From a virus (lineage: Duplodnaviria > Caudoviricetes): 64,000 bases of DNA. The notes under the pieces were generated by a model. That model made no database searches. It saw only the letters and a program-made list of their open reading frames with translations, and was not told the DNA's origin. Shown here piece by piece: positions 8,575 through 17,985 of this stretch; position 1 is the stretch's first letter, and each line of letters opens with the position of its first letter. Where the stretch lies: the IMG/VR virus record IMGVR_UViG_3300044295_000323, positions 897 to 64,896 of that record; one strand, given 5' to 3'. Both the position numbers and the translations under genes were made by a program.

Positions 8575-9296
8575 GGCTGCTCCTGTGGGGCCGGTGCGGA
8601 GAGAGGCATCCAGTGCGTAGGCTCTGACGGCATTGCCCCCGCAGGTGACCACCAGCACGCATCACATGCTGACCACCATACGACCCGACGAATACATTGT
8701 GCGTGTTGCCCAGACGCGCCTTCCGCGTAATTCCATGCCGCTAGGATCTCAACGCCGTTTTCCTTCTTCGCCGTCTCAATCGGCTGCCAGCCCGTGGCCT
8801 GTCCGCTCCCCTGTGGGGCGGCAGAGAGGGCGGCGTCGAGGCCGCATTTACAAACGGGCCACATGGCGACAGTCGTGCGTCCTTCTTTCTCGGCGCGTTC
8901 GTAAGCCAAAACTGGGCAATCATCGTCATGCCGCGCTCGGTATCGCGTCAGCAGGGAGGCGTCTGGGCTCCCCTGTGGGCGGGAAGGGCGGGGCCGTGGT
9001 GAGCTGTCAACATCTCCCGACCCCTCATCAACTTGCTCGCTCTCAGGCGTGCGCTCGGCCTTCAGCTTCGCCAGTTCCGCTTCGGCGACTTCCGCCCGGT
9101 GCATCCACTCAATCAGGCGTTCCCCTTGAGCCAGCGACTTGTTGCCGCAGTCAGCTTGCACGGCGGTGATAAGGAAATCACGCGCTACGGCGTAATCACC
9201 GATGTGGCCGGGTTCGCGCACCATTCGCGCTACCGCGTCATCGAGTTTGATTCTGGCCTGCTCCACCGTCTCTGCCTGTGGGGGTGTCTGGGACAT
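8571..9296 (-). CDS. DUF551-like domain protein
   Basis: GWQPIETA...PTHWMPL C-terminal domain; HxxxC...CKCGL. Confidence 0.7.
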   Translation of the reverse strand: MSQTPPQAETVEQARIKLDDAVARMVREPGHIGDYAVARDFLITAVQADCGNKSLAQGERLIEWMHRAEVAEAELAKLKAERTPESEQVDEGSGDVDSSPRPRPSRPQGSPDASLLTRYRARHDDDCPVLAYERAEKEGRTTVAMWPVCKCGLDAALSAAPQGSGQATGWQPIETAKKENGVEILAAWNYAEGASGQHAQCIRRVVWWSACDACWWSPAGAMPSEPTHWMPLSAPAPQEQP

Positions 9297-9300
9297 ATCG

Positions 9301-9420
9301 TTACCTACCCTTCCGCTCTGGTCTCGCCATGTACGCCACAAATACCAATCCCGCCAGCACGATCACAAGCGAGCCAATATCTCGGGCGTGATGATCCAAG
9401 AAATCCCACATGCTCATCAT
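9301..9420 (-). CDS. 39-aa membrane peptide (not in ORF track)
   Basis: IGSLVIVLAGLVFVAYMA TM segment; SD AAGGAG; ATGA overlap. Confidence 0.5.
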   Translation of the reverse strand: MMSMWDFLDHHARDIGSLVIVLAGLVFVAYMARPERKGR

Positions 9421-9734
9421 GATACTTGCTCCTTGGATGCCGCCAGGGTCATGGCGGGTTCGGGCGCCGAGGCTTTCCGGGGCGCCACCTCCACATAGAC
9501 GATGTGCTTGCGGACGGCCACTTCCCCGGCCACCTGCTTGGACTTCTTCAAGACGCCGGCGAGGTTAGCGGCCGCGTACTTGGACCCCATATAGATCGGC
9601 AGGACCTGGCCCGGCTGAGCTTTCTTCAAGGCCTTAACGACCTGGTCGAGGCGCGTCTTGTGCTGGTGGGCGCGCTTGACCCGGGGGATCGACGCAATAG
9701 GCTGACCGATGGACATCTGTGCTTTACGGCTCAT
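9417..9734 (-). CDS. basic hypothetical protein, possibly DNA-binding
   Basis: Lys-rich; SD AAGGAG. Confidence 0.6.
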   Translation of the reverse strand: MSRKAQMSIGQPIASIPRVKRAHQHKTRLDQVVKALKKAQPGQVLPIYMGSKYAAANLAGVLKKSKQVAGEVAVRKHIVYVEVAPRKASAPEPAMTLAASKEQVS

Positions 9735-9751
9735 CTCACACTCTCCTTAAG

Positions 9752-10168
9752 TTAGATCTTCCCGATTAAACGGCGGCGGGTAAAGTCCGCCACGACTTTG
9801 GCTGCGTTCGACGACGCCCGAGTGCAGGGCGCCGGTTTGAAGCGGTCACGGTAGGACTGCTTCTGGTTGTAGCGATAGATACACCACTGCCCCTTGAGCA
9901 TGTCGGGCAGGACTTTGACACCCGCATCTTCTTCTACCTGAGTGGTGGCTGGTCCGCGCACGGAGTACTGCAGGCCCTTCATGACGCGCTTTGACTTGCC
10001 GGTGGCCTTGGCATAACGTAAGACCCACCACTGGTCCGCGCATCCTGGGATGCGCTGACGCCATGAGCAATGCCAGGTGTCGCTGTCAGTGAACTGGCGC
10101 CACTCCCCGAGTGACTCGAACTCCGCTGGGATCCGTGGTAGCTGGTCCATGTATTCGTTGGTTGTCAT
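9752..10168 (-). CDS. Trp-rich early protein with C-terminal helix-LxG motif
   Basis: ends NAAKVVADFTRRRLIGKI; SD AAGGAG. Confidence 0.65.
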   Translation of the reverse strand: MTTNEYMDQLPRIPAEFESLGEWRQFTDSDTWHCSWRQRIPGCADQWWVLRYAKATGKSKRVMKGLQYSVRGPATTQVEEDAGVKVLPDMLKGQWCIYRYNQKQSYRDRFKPAPCTRASSNAAKVVADFTRRRLIGKI

Positions 10169-10253
10169 GTTCTCCTTCCCCTTTCATCTCGTCTAAGGCC
10201 CCTTTGGGCGGGTATGTCAGAGGGACCCTTATAAAGGGTCCCTGACATACCTA

Positions 10254-10649
10254 TTAGGTTTTGTCCCGATCTTCTTTCTTATCAACACTTACGGGTGTTC
10301 CACTTTCCGTTTCATCAACTTCGGTGGAATTGTTAGTAAGTAATTCAATCTCCTCCTGGTCGCTGGCCGCCCGGATGTCCTTCACATCCTCTGGGAACTT
10401 CAGCTCGATGCCGTTGTTGCCCCATCGCACGGGCCGGTGCTTACGGACGAACTCAGCGGCGGCCGCCCTGAGGACCACGGGCAAGGGCTGGAAGGTCGAC
10501 TGGCTGATCTTCATCAGCTTCTCGTGGATCTTCTTGGGCAGGCGGTAAGTGACTTGGACGGTCGGGCCCATCGAGGACTTGCCCCGCTTGCGGCCTGGCC
10601 GAGATTTCACCACGTCGTCGAACTCTGGGTAGTTAGGGTCGTATGCCAT
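10254..10649 (-). CDS. ribbon-helix-helix transcription regulator
   Basis: VQVTYRLPKKIHEKLMKIS...LPVVLRAAAAEFV RHH pattern; extended -10 TGGTATACT just upstream; long hairpin 10211-10251 downstream. Confidence 0.65.
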   Translation of the reverse strand: MAYDPNYPEFDDVVKSRPGRKRGKSSMGPTVQVTYRLPKKIHEKLMKISQSTFQPLPVVLRAAAAEFVRKHRPVRWGNNGIELKFPEDVKDIRAASDQEEIELLTNNSTEVDETESGTPVSVDKKEDRDKT

Positions 10650-10679
10650 AGTTGTTAGATAGTATACCACCCCCGGACG

Positions 10680-11069
10680 TTACGGATAATCTGTCCCACT
10701 GTTTGACAACAGCGCCAGTTCGGAATCTTCGAACTCGCAGCACTCGAACCTCGACAGCGCCACCACGGCCGACACCACCGCGTCCCACGTTCGGTAGCGG
10801 TCGTTCAGGATGAACCAAGGGCGGGAACCCAGGCTGGTGGCCCGCTTGTCATCCCGTATCACGATGTAGTAGAACTGGGGCCGGCACAGAATCCAGATAT
10901 TAGCGTTATTGTAGCACAGCCCATCCGGGCCCCCTTTGCTGTAGTACCACGCGTACTTGTCCGTATACGACTCCTGCCATTCGAATTGCGAGCGCCACGG
11001 TTCCGGCATGCGCCACTGCCGGCGCTTGGGCTCCGTCGGTTCGTCAACGGTGATTGTGTCAAGAGCCAT
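10680..11069 (-). CDS. Trp/Tyr-rich early protein
   Basis: SD AGGAGG; TWDAVVSAVVAL helix near the C-terminus. Confidence 0.6.
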   Translation of the reverse strand: MALDTITVDEPTEPKRRQWRMPEPWRSQFEWQESYTDKYAWYYSKGGPDGLCYNNANIWILCRPQFYYIVIRDDKRATSLGSRPWFILNDRYRTWDAVVSAVVALSRFECCEFEDSELALLSNSGTDYP

Positions 11070-11071
11070 TA

Positions 11072-11503
11072 CTAGGCACCTCCTGTCAGTCGAGCGGCAG
11101 CAACGGCCGCCATAATGGACTTCTCACTCGTGAGCCACTTGGTTGCTTGCCACTCCCCTTGTTCGAGCCAGAGGACTTTGTAGCGATCCTTGGGCCCGTA
11201 GGCGTGGCCCATGAGCCAGATGCCGTTATTCCAGACGACAGTGTTTCTCTCCAGCCTTGTCCCGTGCTTCCAGAACCACGTCCCGTCGCCTCCTTCGGAC
11301 CACGCGTTGAATGTCTTCCGAAGACCTGGCGGGCGAGCCGGCTGACGTGACTTGATCACTGACGCGTCAGAATTCCATGGTGGTTTTGTCACAGCTTGCG
11401 CCACTATGCGTGACGTAATCTGCTGCTGGAGTTGCTTTACAGCAGCGAGCTTGCCAAGCACGATGGTCTTCACGTGCCGTGAGACGAAGGACTTGGTCGC
11501 CAT
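11072..11503 (-). CDS. Trp-rich early protein with C-terminal helix-RLTG motif
   Basis: ends SEKSIMAAVAAARLTGGA. Confidence 0.65.
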   Translation of the reverse strand: MATKSFVSRHVKTIVLGKLAAVKQLQQQITSRIVAQAVTKPPWNSDASVIKSRQPARPPGLRKTFNAWSEGGDGTWFWKHGTRLERNTVVWNNGIWLMGHAYGPKDRYKVLWLEQGEWQATKWLTSEKSIMAAVAAARLTGGA

Positions 11504-12234
11504 TAGCGCACCAGCTCCGTCTTGCCGTCGTGAACGAAGCCGCCCTTGACACCCTCGGCCATACGGGCATTAGAGCCCTTCCACCGCAAGCCCACCACCA
11601 CGCCCTCAGGATCGAGAAACCGCAAGTCGTCCTTGTCCCCGTCGACGACCCGGAGCCACTTGCCCTGGACCTTCAACTTGGCCGGCAGCTTCCCATCCCG
11701 CCGCACATTGAAGACGACAGCCATGTTGATGCCGAACTGCAAGCAGTGTGCCAGGTCAGCCTTGGTCGTCTTCTCGCTCACGCTGTAGGTCAGGTGGTAG
11801 TTGTCGAGCACCCGGCGCCGGGGCACGGGGAGCTTGGTGTAGTCATAGAACTGCACCGTGGGATTCAGGTTGGCCAAGCTATGGGCCAGACCGGGCCGAT
11901 CGGAGAGCAGGTTCGGCCGGACCGCCAGCTTCTTGTGCGTCTTGGCCAAGGCCTTGATCTCCTTGTCGACCTTCGCGACGAAGCCCTTGTAGTCAGTCAT
12001 GTACTCCTGGGTCCGACGCGCCCGTGCCTTGACGCTGGCAGGAAACACATTCATCCCCGTCTTAGCCAGACAGACGTCGGCACACGTGCCGGCCATGGCA
12101 CACATGGTCGGTAGTGTCTTGCCCAAGACGAGCCCCGCTTCCGTGGCCGGGCTCAGGTTCAGTCCCACGGTTTTCCAGCCCCGGGCCTTGGACTTGTCGA
12201 GCTTGTATTGTGAGGTTGTCAAGTAACTAGCCAT
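11503..12234 (-). CDS. GP88-like phage protein
   Basis: LSPA...C-x5-C-x3-CL, QFYDYTK, NYHLTYS, DGDKDDLRFLD, VVGLRWKG. Confidence 0.7.
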   Translation of the reverse strand: MASYLTTSQYKLDKSKARGWKTVGLNLSPATEAGLVLGKTLPTMCAMAGTCADVCLAKTGMNVFPASVKARARRTQEYMTDYKGFVAKVDKEIKALAKTHKKLAVRPNLLSDRPGLAHSLANLNPTVQFYDYTKLPVPRRRVLDNYHLTYSVSEKTTKADLAHCLQFGINMAVVFNVRRDGKLPAKLKVQGKWLRVVDGDKDDLRFLDPEGVVVGLRWKGSNARMAEGVKGGFVHDGKTELVR

Positions 12235-12550
12235 CGTGATTACTCCTTTTCCAGATCGTACGTTTACGTTTAACTTCGGGTGTTGGGGCGTCTTCAGGGT
12301 CGAAGAGTCTGTTCATGCCGATGTCATTCTTGCAGAAGGCTTCACCAAGACCCCCATAATGCGCGCCGGCTTTGTTGCCGCACAGCGGGCACGGACCTAC
12401 GGCTGCATTGACTTCGTCCCAACAGTCAGAATCGTACAGACTCTCCTCTCCACGCAGAATTTTTAAGAGCGCCTCCATGTGGATGATCCACTCTTGTTTC
12501 TCTTTCTTGTAGTCTGGTGGTTTCTTCTTTGCTTTGCGCGTATGGGCCAC
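12227..12550 (-). CDS. hypothetical protein with CPLC-H-C motif
   Basis: CPLCGNKAGAH...FC. Confidence 0.55.
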   Translation of the reverse strand: MAHTRKAKKKPPDYKKEKQEWIIHMEALLKILRGEESLYDSDCWDEVNAAVGPCPLCGNKAGAHYGGLGEAFCKNDIGMNRLFDPEDAPTPEVKRKRTIWKRSNHDG

Positions 12551-12580
12551 TTCTTTCCTCCTGGTTTCAGGGCCACATGG

Positions 12581-13390
12581 CTACTTGCCCTCGCCTGTCA
12601 TGCGAAAGATGGCACCCTCGGCCGCCAACGTCGACGTGTCCACGTCCGGCAGTTCGATCGTCGTGCGCTCGGACTTCTTGGGCTTAGTGTCTACTCGCCC
12701 CACGATATCCTGTGGTACGTAGGCGCGGAACTGCGGCACCACCTTGATGATCTGGTTGACCGTCTTGTAGGTGTCGAGCAGCTTGGACACATCAGCCTGG
12801 ATCTTCTCCCACCGATCACGAATCTGCTCGGCCTCATCCATGAGCTCGATGTGGCGAGAGAGTTCCGTCACGCCGGGCAACTGCGGATAGGCCTGCCGAA
12901 TCGATTCAAACATGGCGACCGTGATCTGTGGTGTGGACAAGCGGTTGTCTGCCACCGCCGAACATGGACGTGAGTAGGCTGCGTGGGACGCCGGCGCATG
13001 CAGGAAGTCCTGGATGTGCGTGTAGCGATGGTTGTCCCGGCTGGGCGGCTTATCCCATCGGACGCCTTCCTTCTCGCGAGCCAACAATCGACGGAGCTCC
13101 GATGCTGTGTAGTCGTTCGACAGGTAGTACTCGGTGGACTTCGGCACAAAGATCTTCTTGGTGATGACGATCAGCCGCTCCTCTTCACCAAACAGATCGA
13201 GCCACCCCTTGGGGATCTTGTCGTAAAGATCCACGTGGGGGTACATGGACAGCCGGCTGATGAGCTCCGACATGTCCACGTTGGTCGTGTTGTTGTAGTC
13301 CGGCAGCTGCTCTTTCAGGGCGGTGGCGGTCATCTTCACCACCTGCTCGTCCACTCGCCGACGGACGTCTTTTGAAATCGTGACAATCAT
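12581..13390 (-). CDS. Nmad5-like protein with C-terminal helix-RMTG motif
   Basis: LLDTYKTVNQIIKVVPQFRAYVP resembles the Nmad5 signature; ends DTSTLAAEGAIFRMTGEGK; SD AAGGAG. Confidence 0.55.
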   Translation of the reverse strand: MIVTISKDVRRRVDEQVVKMTATALKEQLPDYNNTTNVDMSELISRLSMYPHVDLYDKIPKGWLDLFGEEERLIVITKKIFVPKSTEYYLSNDYTASELRRLLAREKEGVRWDKPPSRDNHRYTHIQDFLHAPASHAAYSRPCSAVADNRLSTPQITVAMFESIRQAYPQLPGVTELSRHIELMDEAEQIRDRWEKIQADVSKLLDTYKTVNQIIKVVPQFRAYVPQDIVGRVDTKPKKSERTTIELPDVDTSTLAAEGAIFRMTGEGK

Positions 13391-13403
13391 GTGTGACTCC
13401 TTT

Positions 13404-13961
13404 CTAGAGTTCCAACTGGAACGGTTGTGCGGTCCGAAGCTGATTGGCCAAACGCTTACGCTTCTCTTTCTGCGCTGAGTCCAAGCCAGGGTTGACAATC
13501 GCGGCGGCCTTCGCGACAAACAGCTTGTCATAGAAGTACAAGTGACCGTTCCGCAGTGCCTGTCCATCCAACGTGCCTATGTTATTGTGGTACGTGCGCT
13601 GGATGGAGTTGATCTGCGGCGCAGACAAGTTCTTGCCCAGCAAGTAGGCAGCATTGTCGGCCGCGCATAGGTCCTTCAACGCCTTGATCTGTTCCGGCGC
13701 TAACGTCTTGGGGTTCACCGAGAAGTAGGTGTCGTAGCCACGTAGGCCCAAATTGAGGGTGGCGCTCAGACGATGGGCGATCTTGTAGGCTTCACCCCGG
13801 CCCACACTATAGCCCTCTTCCAGCATCTTGATCACCGAGGAGCGAATCCTCGGTGAGAGTTTGCCGCCGTCAAAAACGGCGCTAGTGATGACGAGACCGG
13901 GCGTGCCGGCAAGTGCGCTCCATGCGAGTTGCTGTTCTCTCTCTTTATCCATTTTGATCAT
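13404..13961 (-). CDS. hypothetical protein
   Basis: 185-aa ORF tightly packed in the operon. Confidence 0.6.
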   Translation of the reverse strand: MIKMDKEREQQLAWSALAGTPGLVITSAVFDGGKLSPRIRSSVIKMLEEGYSVGRGEAYKIAHRLSATLNLGLRGYDTYFSVNPKTLAPEQIKALKDLCAADNAAYLLGKNLSAPQINSIQRTYHNNIGTLDGQALRNGHLYFYDKLFVAKAAAIVNPGLDSAQKEKRKRLANQLRTAQPFQLEL

Positions 13962-14232
13962 CCTTTCCTGTGAGTCTCCACACGATGTACTTCCGCTTGA
14001 GTTCTCGAAGCGTCTTGGCTTTCACGGTGCACATGGGATCTTTGCCGTTTATGTATTCAAGCTCCCAACGATACGCCATTTTTCTGCGTTTCTGATGCAG
14101 CCACATCCAACACACAAGGTTGGGGTTGTCAGTATAAGGTCCAAAGAACCAGTACTTTATGGCGGTTCCTTGCATCCGCACTGGCCGTTCATGAATAATC
14201 GAGGCAACGGCCCTATCAAGTCGCGTGATCAT
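13945..14232 (-). CDS. Trp-rich early protein with helix-RLTG motif
   Basis: ends TLRELKRKYIVWRLTGKDDQNG. Confidence 0.65.
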   Translation of the reverse strand: MITRLDRAVASIIHERPVRMQGTAIKYWFFGPYTDNPNLVCWMWLHQKRRKMAYRWELEYINGKDPMCTVKAKTLRELKRKYIVWRLTGKDDQNG

Positions 14233-14621
14233 TCTTCACACAGCTCCTTTCCCGCCAACCTATAGGCGGCGAACTTCGCCTTAAGTTGGTGTAGTTCCGT
14301 GGCTTCAATCGACCAGTCTTTAGCCGAGGCCCCATACACTGTCCCGTTGCGCACGACAATGGACTGCCACAGCTTCCACCCGTTCTTCGTCAGGGCCAGC
14401 CGGTAACAGCCAGAGTTCTTGTCATTCCAGTGCCACGACCAGTTGTCTGCATTCCACGTCACACGCTGGACTTCATTGATAGGGTCTTTGGCAAGCACTT
14501 TGTTGGGGATGAACTGTGGGAACCACTTGGCCACCACCATCTCGGCGCTCCGTGTCCGAGGCTGATACGGTGGGGGACACACCTGGTCGTAGTGCTCCCC
14601 ATGTCTATTTTTACTCGGCAT
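14229..14621 (-). CDS. Trp-rich early protein with helix-RLAG motif
   Basis: ends ELHQLKAKFAAYRLAGKELCEE. Confidence 0.65.
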   Translation of the reverse strand: MPSKNRHGEHYDQVCPPPYQPRTRSAEMVVAKWFPQFIPNKVLAKDPINEVQRVTWNADNWSWHWNDKNSGCYRLALTKNGWKLWQSIVVRNGTVYGASAKDWSIEATELHQLKAKFAAYRLAGKELCEE

Positions 14622-14952
14622 CCTTCACCTTTCCTGTCAGGCGATAGTAGGCGATACCCTCGACACACGGACGGATCGAACGGGACCACCCGGTGTTGAG
14701 ACCCACCCATGTCCCAGAACGCTTATCGGTGTCGTCCCAGGCCCACGCTCGCCACTCCACGCGATTCGGGCCAGAGATGCAGGCGATCTGGATGTTCCAG
14801 CCGCCGATGTACCACGCCATATAGTCATCGTTCCGAACTTCAGTCGCCGTAACAGCGTTGGAAAAGAGACGCCTGACAAGGGCGTCTCTTTTTTGTTGGG
14901 TATAGCGTCGATGCTTGAGGTCGTTCATGTTGTAGCACCTGCTACTTTCCAC
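14611..14952 (-). CDS. Trp-rich early protein with helix-RLTG motif
   Basis: ends SIRPCVEGIAYYRLTGKVKDAE; start may be 14928. Confidence 0.65.
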   Translation of the reverse strand: MESSRCYNMNDLKHRRYTQQKRDALVRRLFSNAVTATEVRNDDYMAWYIGGWNIQIACISGPNRVEWRAWAWDDTDKRSGTWVGLNTGWSRSIRPCVEGIAYYRLTGKVKDAE

Positions 14953-14961
14953 GCCGCATGG

Positions 14962-16257
14962 CTACTTCTCCTCGTGGATCGAGAAGGGGACGTGCTCGCC
15001 GTAGCCGGGCACGACCTGGGACGAGACGCACCACACCACGGGCACATCCACCGGACTGCTCGTGCTGAAGTCCGTGTAGCCATCCGTCAGGCAGACGATC
15101 ACCTCGACGTCTTGCAGCTTCTTCGCAATCCACCGGAAGCCCGCTTCCATATCGGTGCCACCGCCGGAGTAGAACTCCAGCTTCACCTCGTCGCCCTGCG
15201 CCGGCACGAACTCCAGGTGCTTCTGGACCTGGGTGTCCACATAGAGGACATGCACCTTGCTGGGGTTGCACTGCTCAATGATGCGTGCCATGTGGCCGGC
15301 GTAGTGCCGCAGTTCGATCTCGGAGATCGAGCCCGACACGTCGATCTGCAGGCAGATCTCGCCCATCATGGGCGTCTTGCCCACCCACGGCAGGTAGTGC
15401 TCGGTGTAGCGACGGTTGCGCTTGGCCCACGTGGACTCTGACCGGGCGAACGAGGTCATGTAGCGTTCGAGCTTCTCGTACCACGGCACCTTAGACTCGA
15501 TCAGTTCGGCCGCCCACTTGCCAATGGCACCGGGCAGCTTGCCCTGCATCTTGGCCGTCTGGGTGGCCTGCGCGATAGCGACCTTCATCTCGGCCTCCTG
15601 CTGCTTGGCCTGATCGGCCGTCATCGGGCCGCCCTTCTGCACCAGGTCACGGCCCACCCCGCCGATGGCCTGCCCGTGTCCGGGGCACTGGCAGGGTTGC
15701 CCACCCTTGCCGTGCTTGTGCTGCTTGGACTTCGACTTGCCCTGGCCCTGCTTGGACTGCTGTTGGCCCTGGCCCTGACCATCTTGCCCGCCATCGCCGT
15801 CCTGGCCTCCGCCCTGCTGCTGGTCGCCCACTTCGCCGCCGCACTGGGCGCACTTCACGGGCGGCAGTTCGTTGTAGATCTGGTCGGTCGTCTTGTCCTT
15901 GCTGCCCGGCATGTCGATGCCGCCCTCGATCATCTTGCCGATGCCGTCCTGCTTGAGCAAGTCGTTGATGAACGCATCGCCGGCGATGTTCCACTTCAGC
16001 TGGTGCCGATGGCCGAGACGTCCGGCGTGCTGGCACACCACGTGCATGACCTCATGGGCGAGGAGGAAGATCACTTCTTCCACGTCCATGTTCTCGATGA
16101 ACTTGGGGTTGTAGTAGATCTGTCCCCACTGATCGACGGCCGCCGTCGGGCACCACGGTTCGGTGACGGCGACGAGGGGACGTCTCAGCAAGATCGAGGC
16201 GAAGAACGGGTGCTGAAACACCATGTGCGCCTTAGCGCGTTCGAGAACTGTTGCCAT
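14962..16257 (-). CDS. metallopeptidase + VWA domain protein (DUF2201-like)
   Basis: HEVMH zincin motif, Gly/Gln linker, MIDAS DVSGS, GGGTD, LTDGY. Confidence 0.85.
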   Translation of the reverse strand: MATVLERAKAHMVFQHPFFASILLRRPLVAVTEPWCPTAAVDQWGQIYYNPKFIENMDVEEVIFLLAHEVMHVVCQHAGRLGHRHQLKWNIAGDAFINDLLKQDGIGKMIEGGIDMPGSKDKTTDQIYNELPPVKCAQCGGEVGDQQQGGGQDGDGGQDGQGQGQQQSKQGQGKSKSKQHKHGKGGQPCQCPGHGQAIGGVGRDLVQKGGPMTADQAKQQEAEMKVAIAQATQTAKMQGKLPGAIGKWAAELIESKVPWYEKLERYMTSFARSESTWAKRNRRYTEHYLPWVGKTPMMGEICLQIDVSGSISEIELRHYAGHMARIIEQCNPSKVHVLYVDTQVQKHLEFVPAQGDEVKLEFYSGGGTDMEAGFRWIAKKLQDVEVIVCLTDGYTDFSTSSPVDVPVVWCVSSQVVPGYGEHVPFSIHEEK

Positions 16258-16311
16258 TGGATTACGCTCCTTCCTGAACACTGACGTTGTTGTTATTCAC
16301 GTTTCCCACTG

Positions 16312-16497
16312 CTACCACATAACTCCTTGTCCGGCGAGGTAGAAGAACCACGCCGCGAATCCGAAACAGACTAATGCGATCCACCCGGTGCCGATCCGAC
16401 CCAGCATCATGTTGTCTGACATGAGGAACATCCACGCGTAGAAGTTCCAGCACCACACCAGACCGCACGCGACTTGTGACCACTTACTCCACGACAC
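16312..16497 (-). CDS. small two-TM membrane protein
   Basis: two hydrophobic segments; SD AAGGAG. Confidence 0.55.
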   Translation of the reverse strand: MSWSKWSQVACGLVWCWNFYAWMFLMSDNMMLGRIGTGWIALVCFGFAAWFFYLAGQGVMW

Positions 16498-16897
16498 GCG
16501 TGACTCCTTTCTTCTGTGTAGCCGATGCTACAGGCTCAAACTCGCCGGTCAACTTGAACACCGTCATGATCGCCACCACGTCTTCATCGGTGCGGCAGGC
16601 GACGTTCTTGGTCCCAGTACCGACATGATCAACAAGTCGAAGGACCCACCGGCGCCCAGTTCGTGAACCTTCCACTGGGCCTAGTACTCCTGGAGAATAG
16701 TCACTACTCCAGGTACGGAACTCGTCCGCCGTGGTGATGAAGATCCCCAGCTTTATATCGTTTTGCCGGCGATCACCCGGTTCTCTGTAGATCTGCCACC
16801 AGTCCCTAGCAACTGGACCGGGGGAGGTCAGGGGTACCGGAATCGGTACCCCTGAGTTGGTCGTCCGAACGATGCCATCTGGATTAGAAGATGACAT
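16484..16897 (-). CDS. early protein with helix-KLTG motif
   Basis: TDEDVVAIMTVFKLTGEF near the C-terminus. Confidence 0.6.
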   Translation of the reverse strand: MSSSNPDGIVRTTNSGVPIPVPLTSPGPVARDWWQIYREPGDRRQNDIKLGIFITTADEFRTWSSDYSPGVLGPVEGSRTGRRWVLRLVDHVGTGTKNVACRTDEDVVAIMTVFKLTGEFEPVASATQKKGVTRVVE

Positions 16898-17909
16898 CGG
16901 AGTTCTTCACCGTCCAGTCGATGAAGGCCTTGTTAGAGCGGAGCTTCTTGTCCCGCACCAGCGCGTCCTTCACGCACAGCACGCTGAATTCCTTGGGCAT
17001 CCGCGCCATGTAGTCGAGGACGAGGTTAAAGTTGGCCGGCGTGGCCTTGTTCGCCAACGCACCCGAGATGGCGTACTGTGTCGCCGGGTCGGTCGGGACC
17101 TTGGCCTTCTGCGGATTCTTCAACACCTCGTCCAAGTCCGGGAGGTTCATGTAGATGCGGCGGAAGCCGATGTACTCGGCGGCCGCACCCTCGCCCACCT
17201 CGCCCGCCACGTTGCCCATGTAGCAGGCTTCGTCGAGTGTGTCCGGAATCAGGCTGACCTTCTCCCAGCTACGGGGCGTCGGATTGCTGCTGCGGTTCGG
17301 GTCGAAGTCGAACAGCAGGTTCGGCTTGAAGCGCAGGAACTGGATCATGTCGGTGGGCAGGCCGTTCGGCTGGGCGAAGCCCTCAATCCAGTCGTCCAGG
17401 TTCACGTCGAAGTGGAGCATGCGGACGCGGTTGCCAAGCTTCGTCGACAGGCGATTGGCGCCCGACTTGTCCTCAGTGCGGTTGCCCGTGCAGACCACGT
17501 AAAGTTCGTCCGTGAGCTGCAGGTCGCCGACCCGCTTCTCCAACAGCAGGCCCGAGAGAACGTTCTGCACCGGCATTGTGCTGTCAGTGAACTCGTCCAA
17601 GATCAGGCTCGCCGGCCCCGTCCCCTTGCGGATGTTGTAGAGGATGGACGGCGGCACCCAACGCACCGACTCGCCACTCAGCTCCGGCAGCCCGAGAAAG
17701 TCGCACGTGTCGAGGTGGCTCGGGTGCATGAACAACTGGCGCTCCTTGGGAATCGCCTTGCCGTCCGACGCCACGAGTTCCTTGATCGCGTCCTTGGCCA
17801 CGCTCGTCTTGCCACCGCCGGGCGCGCCGGTGATGAGGAAGCGGACTTCGTGACCACGGGGAGCCGCGAACTGGGCGGCGAGGGACTTCTTGATTTGAGT
17901 GTAGCGCAT
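16884..17909 (-). CDS. MoxR-like AAA+ ATPase
   Basis: Walker A GAPGGGKT, Walker B LILDEF, TGNR sensor, LGNR, PTPRSW; VWA partner downstream. Confidence 0.85.
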   Translation of the reverse strand: MRYTQIKKSLAAQFAAPRGHEVRFLITGAPGGGKTSVAKDAIKELVASDGKAIPKERQLFMHPSHLDTCDFLGLPELSGESVRWVPPSILYNIRKGTGPASLILDEFTDSTMPVQNVLSGLLLEKRVGDLQLTDELYVVCTGNRTEDKSGANRLSTKLGNRVRMLHFDVNLDDWIEGFAQPNGLPTDMIQFLRFKPNLLFDFDPNRSSNPTPRSWEKVSLIPDTLDEACYMGNVAGEVGEGAAAEYIGFRRIYMNLPDLDEVLKNPQKAKVPTDPATQYAISGALANKATPANFNLVLDYMARMPKEFSVLCVKDALVRDKKLRSNKAFIDWTVKNSDVIF

Positions 17910-17985
17910 GGTGTGATTCTCCTCAGTCGTGGGGTTTCTTTATCGTAGGTCTCCCACGGTCCTACGCACAGCCAGTAGCACCATG

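Noticed and set aside
17910-17945. CUGAGGA and GAAAC as a second hammerhead
   Set aside because: No room for stems I and III; the sequence is the SD of the MoxR gene.
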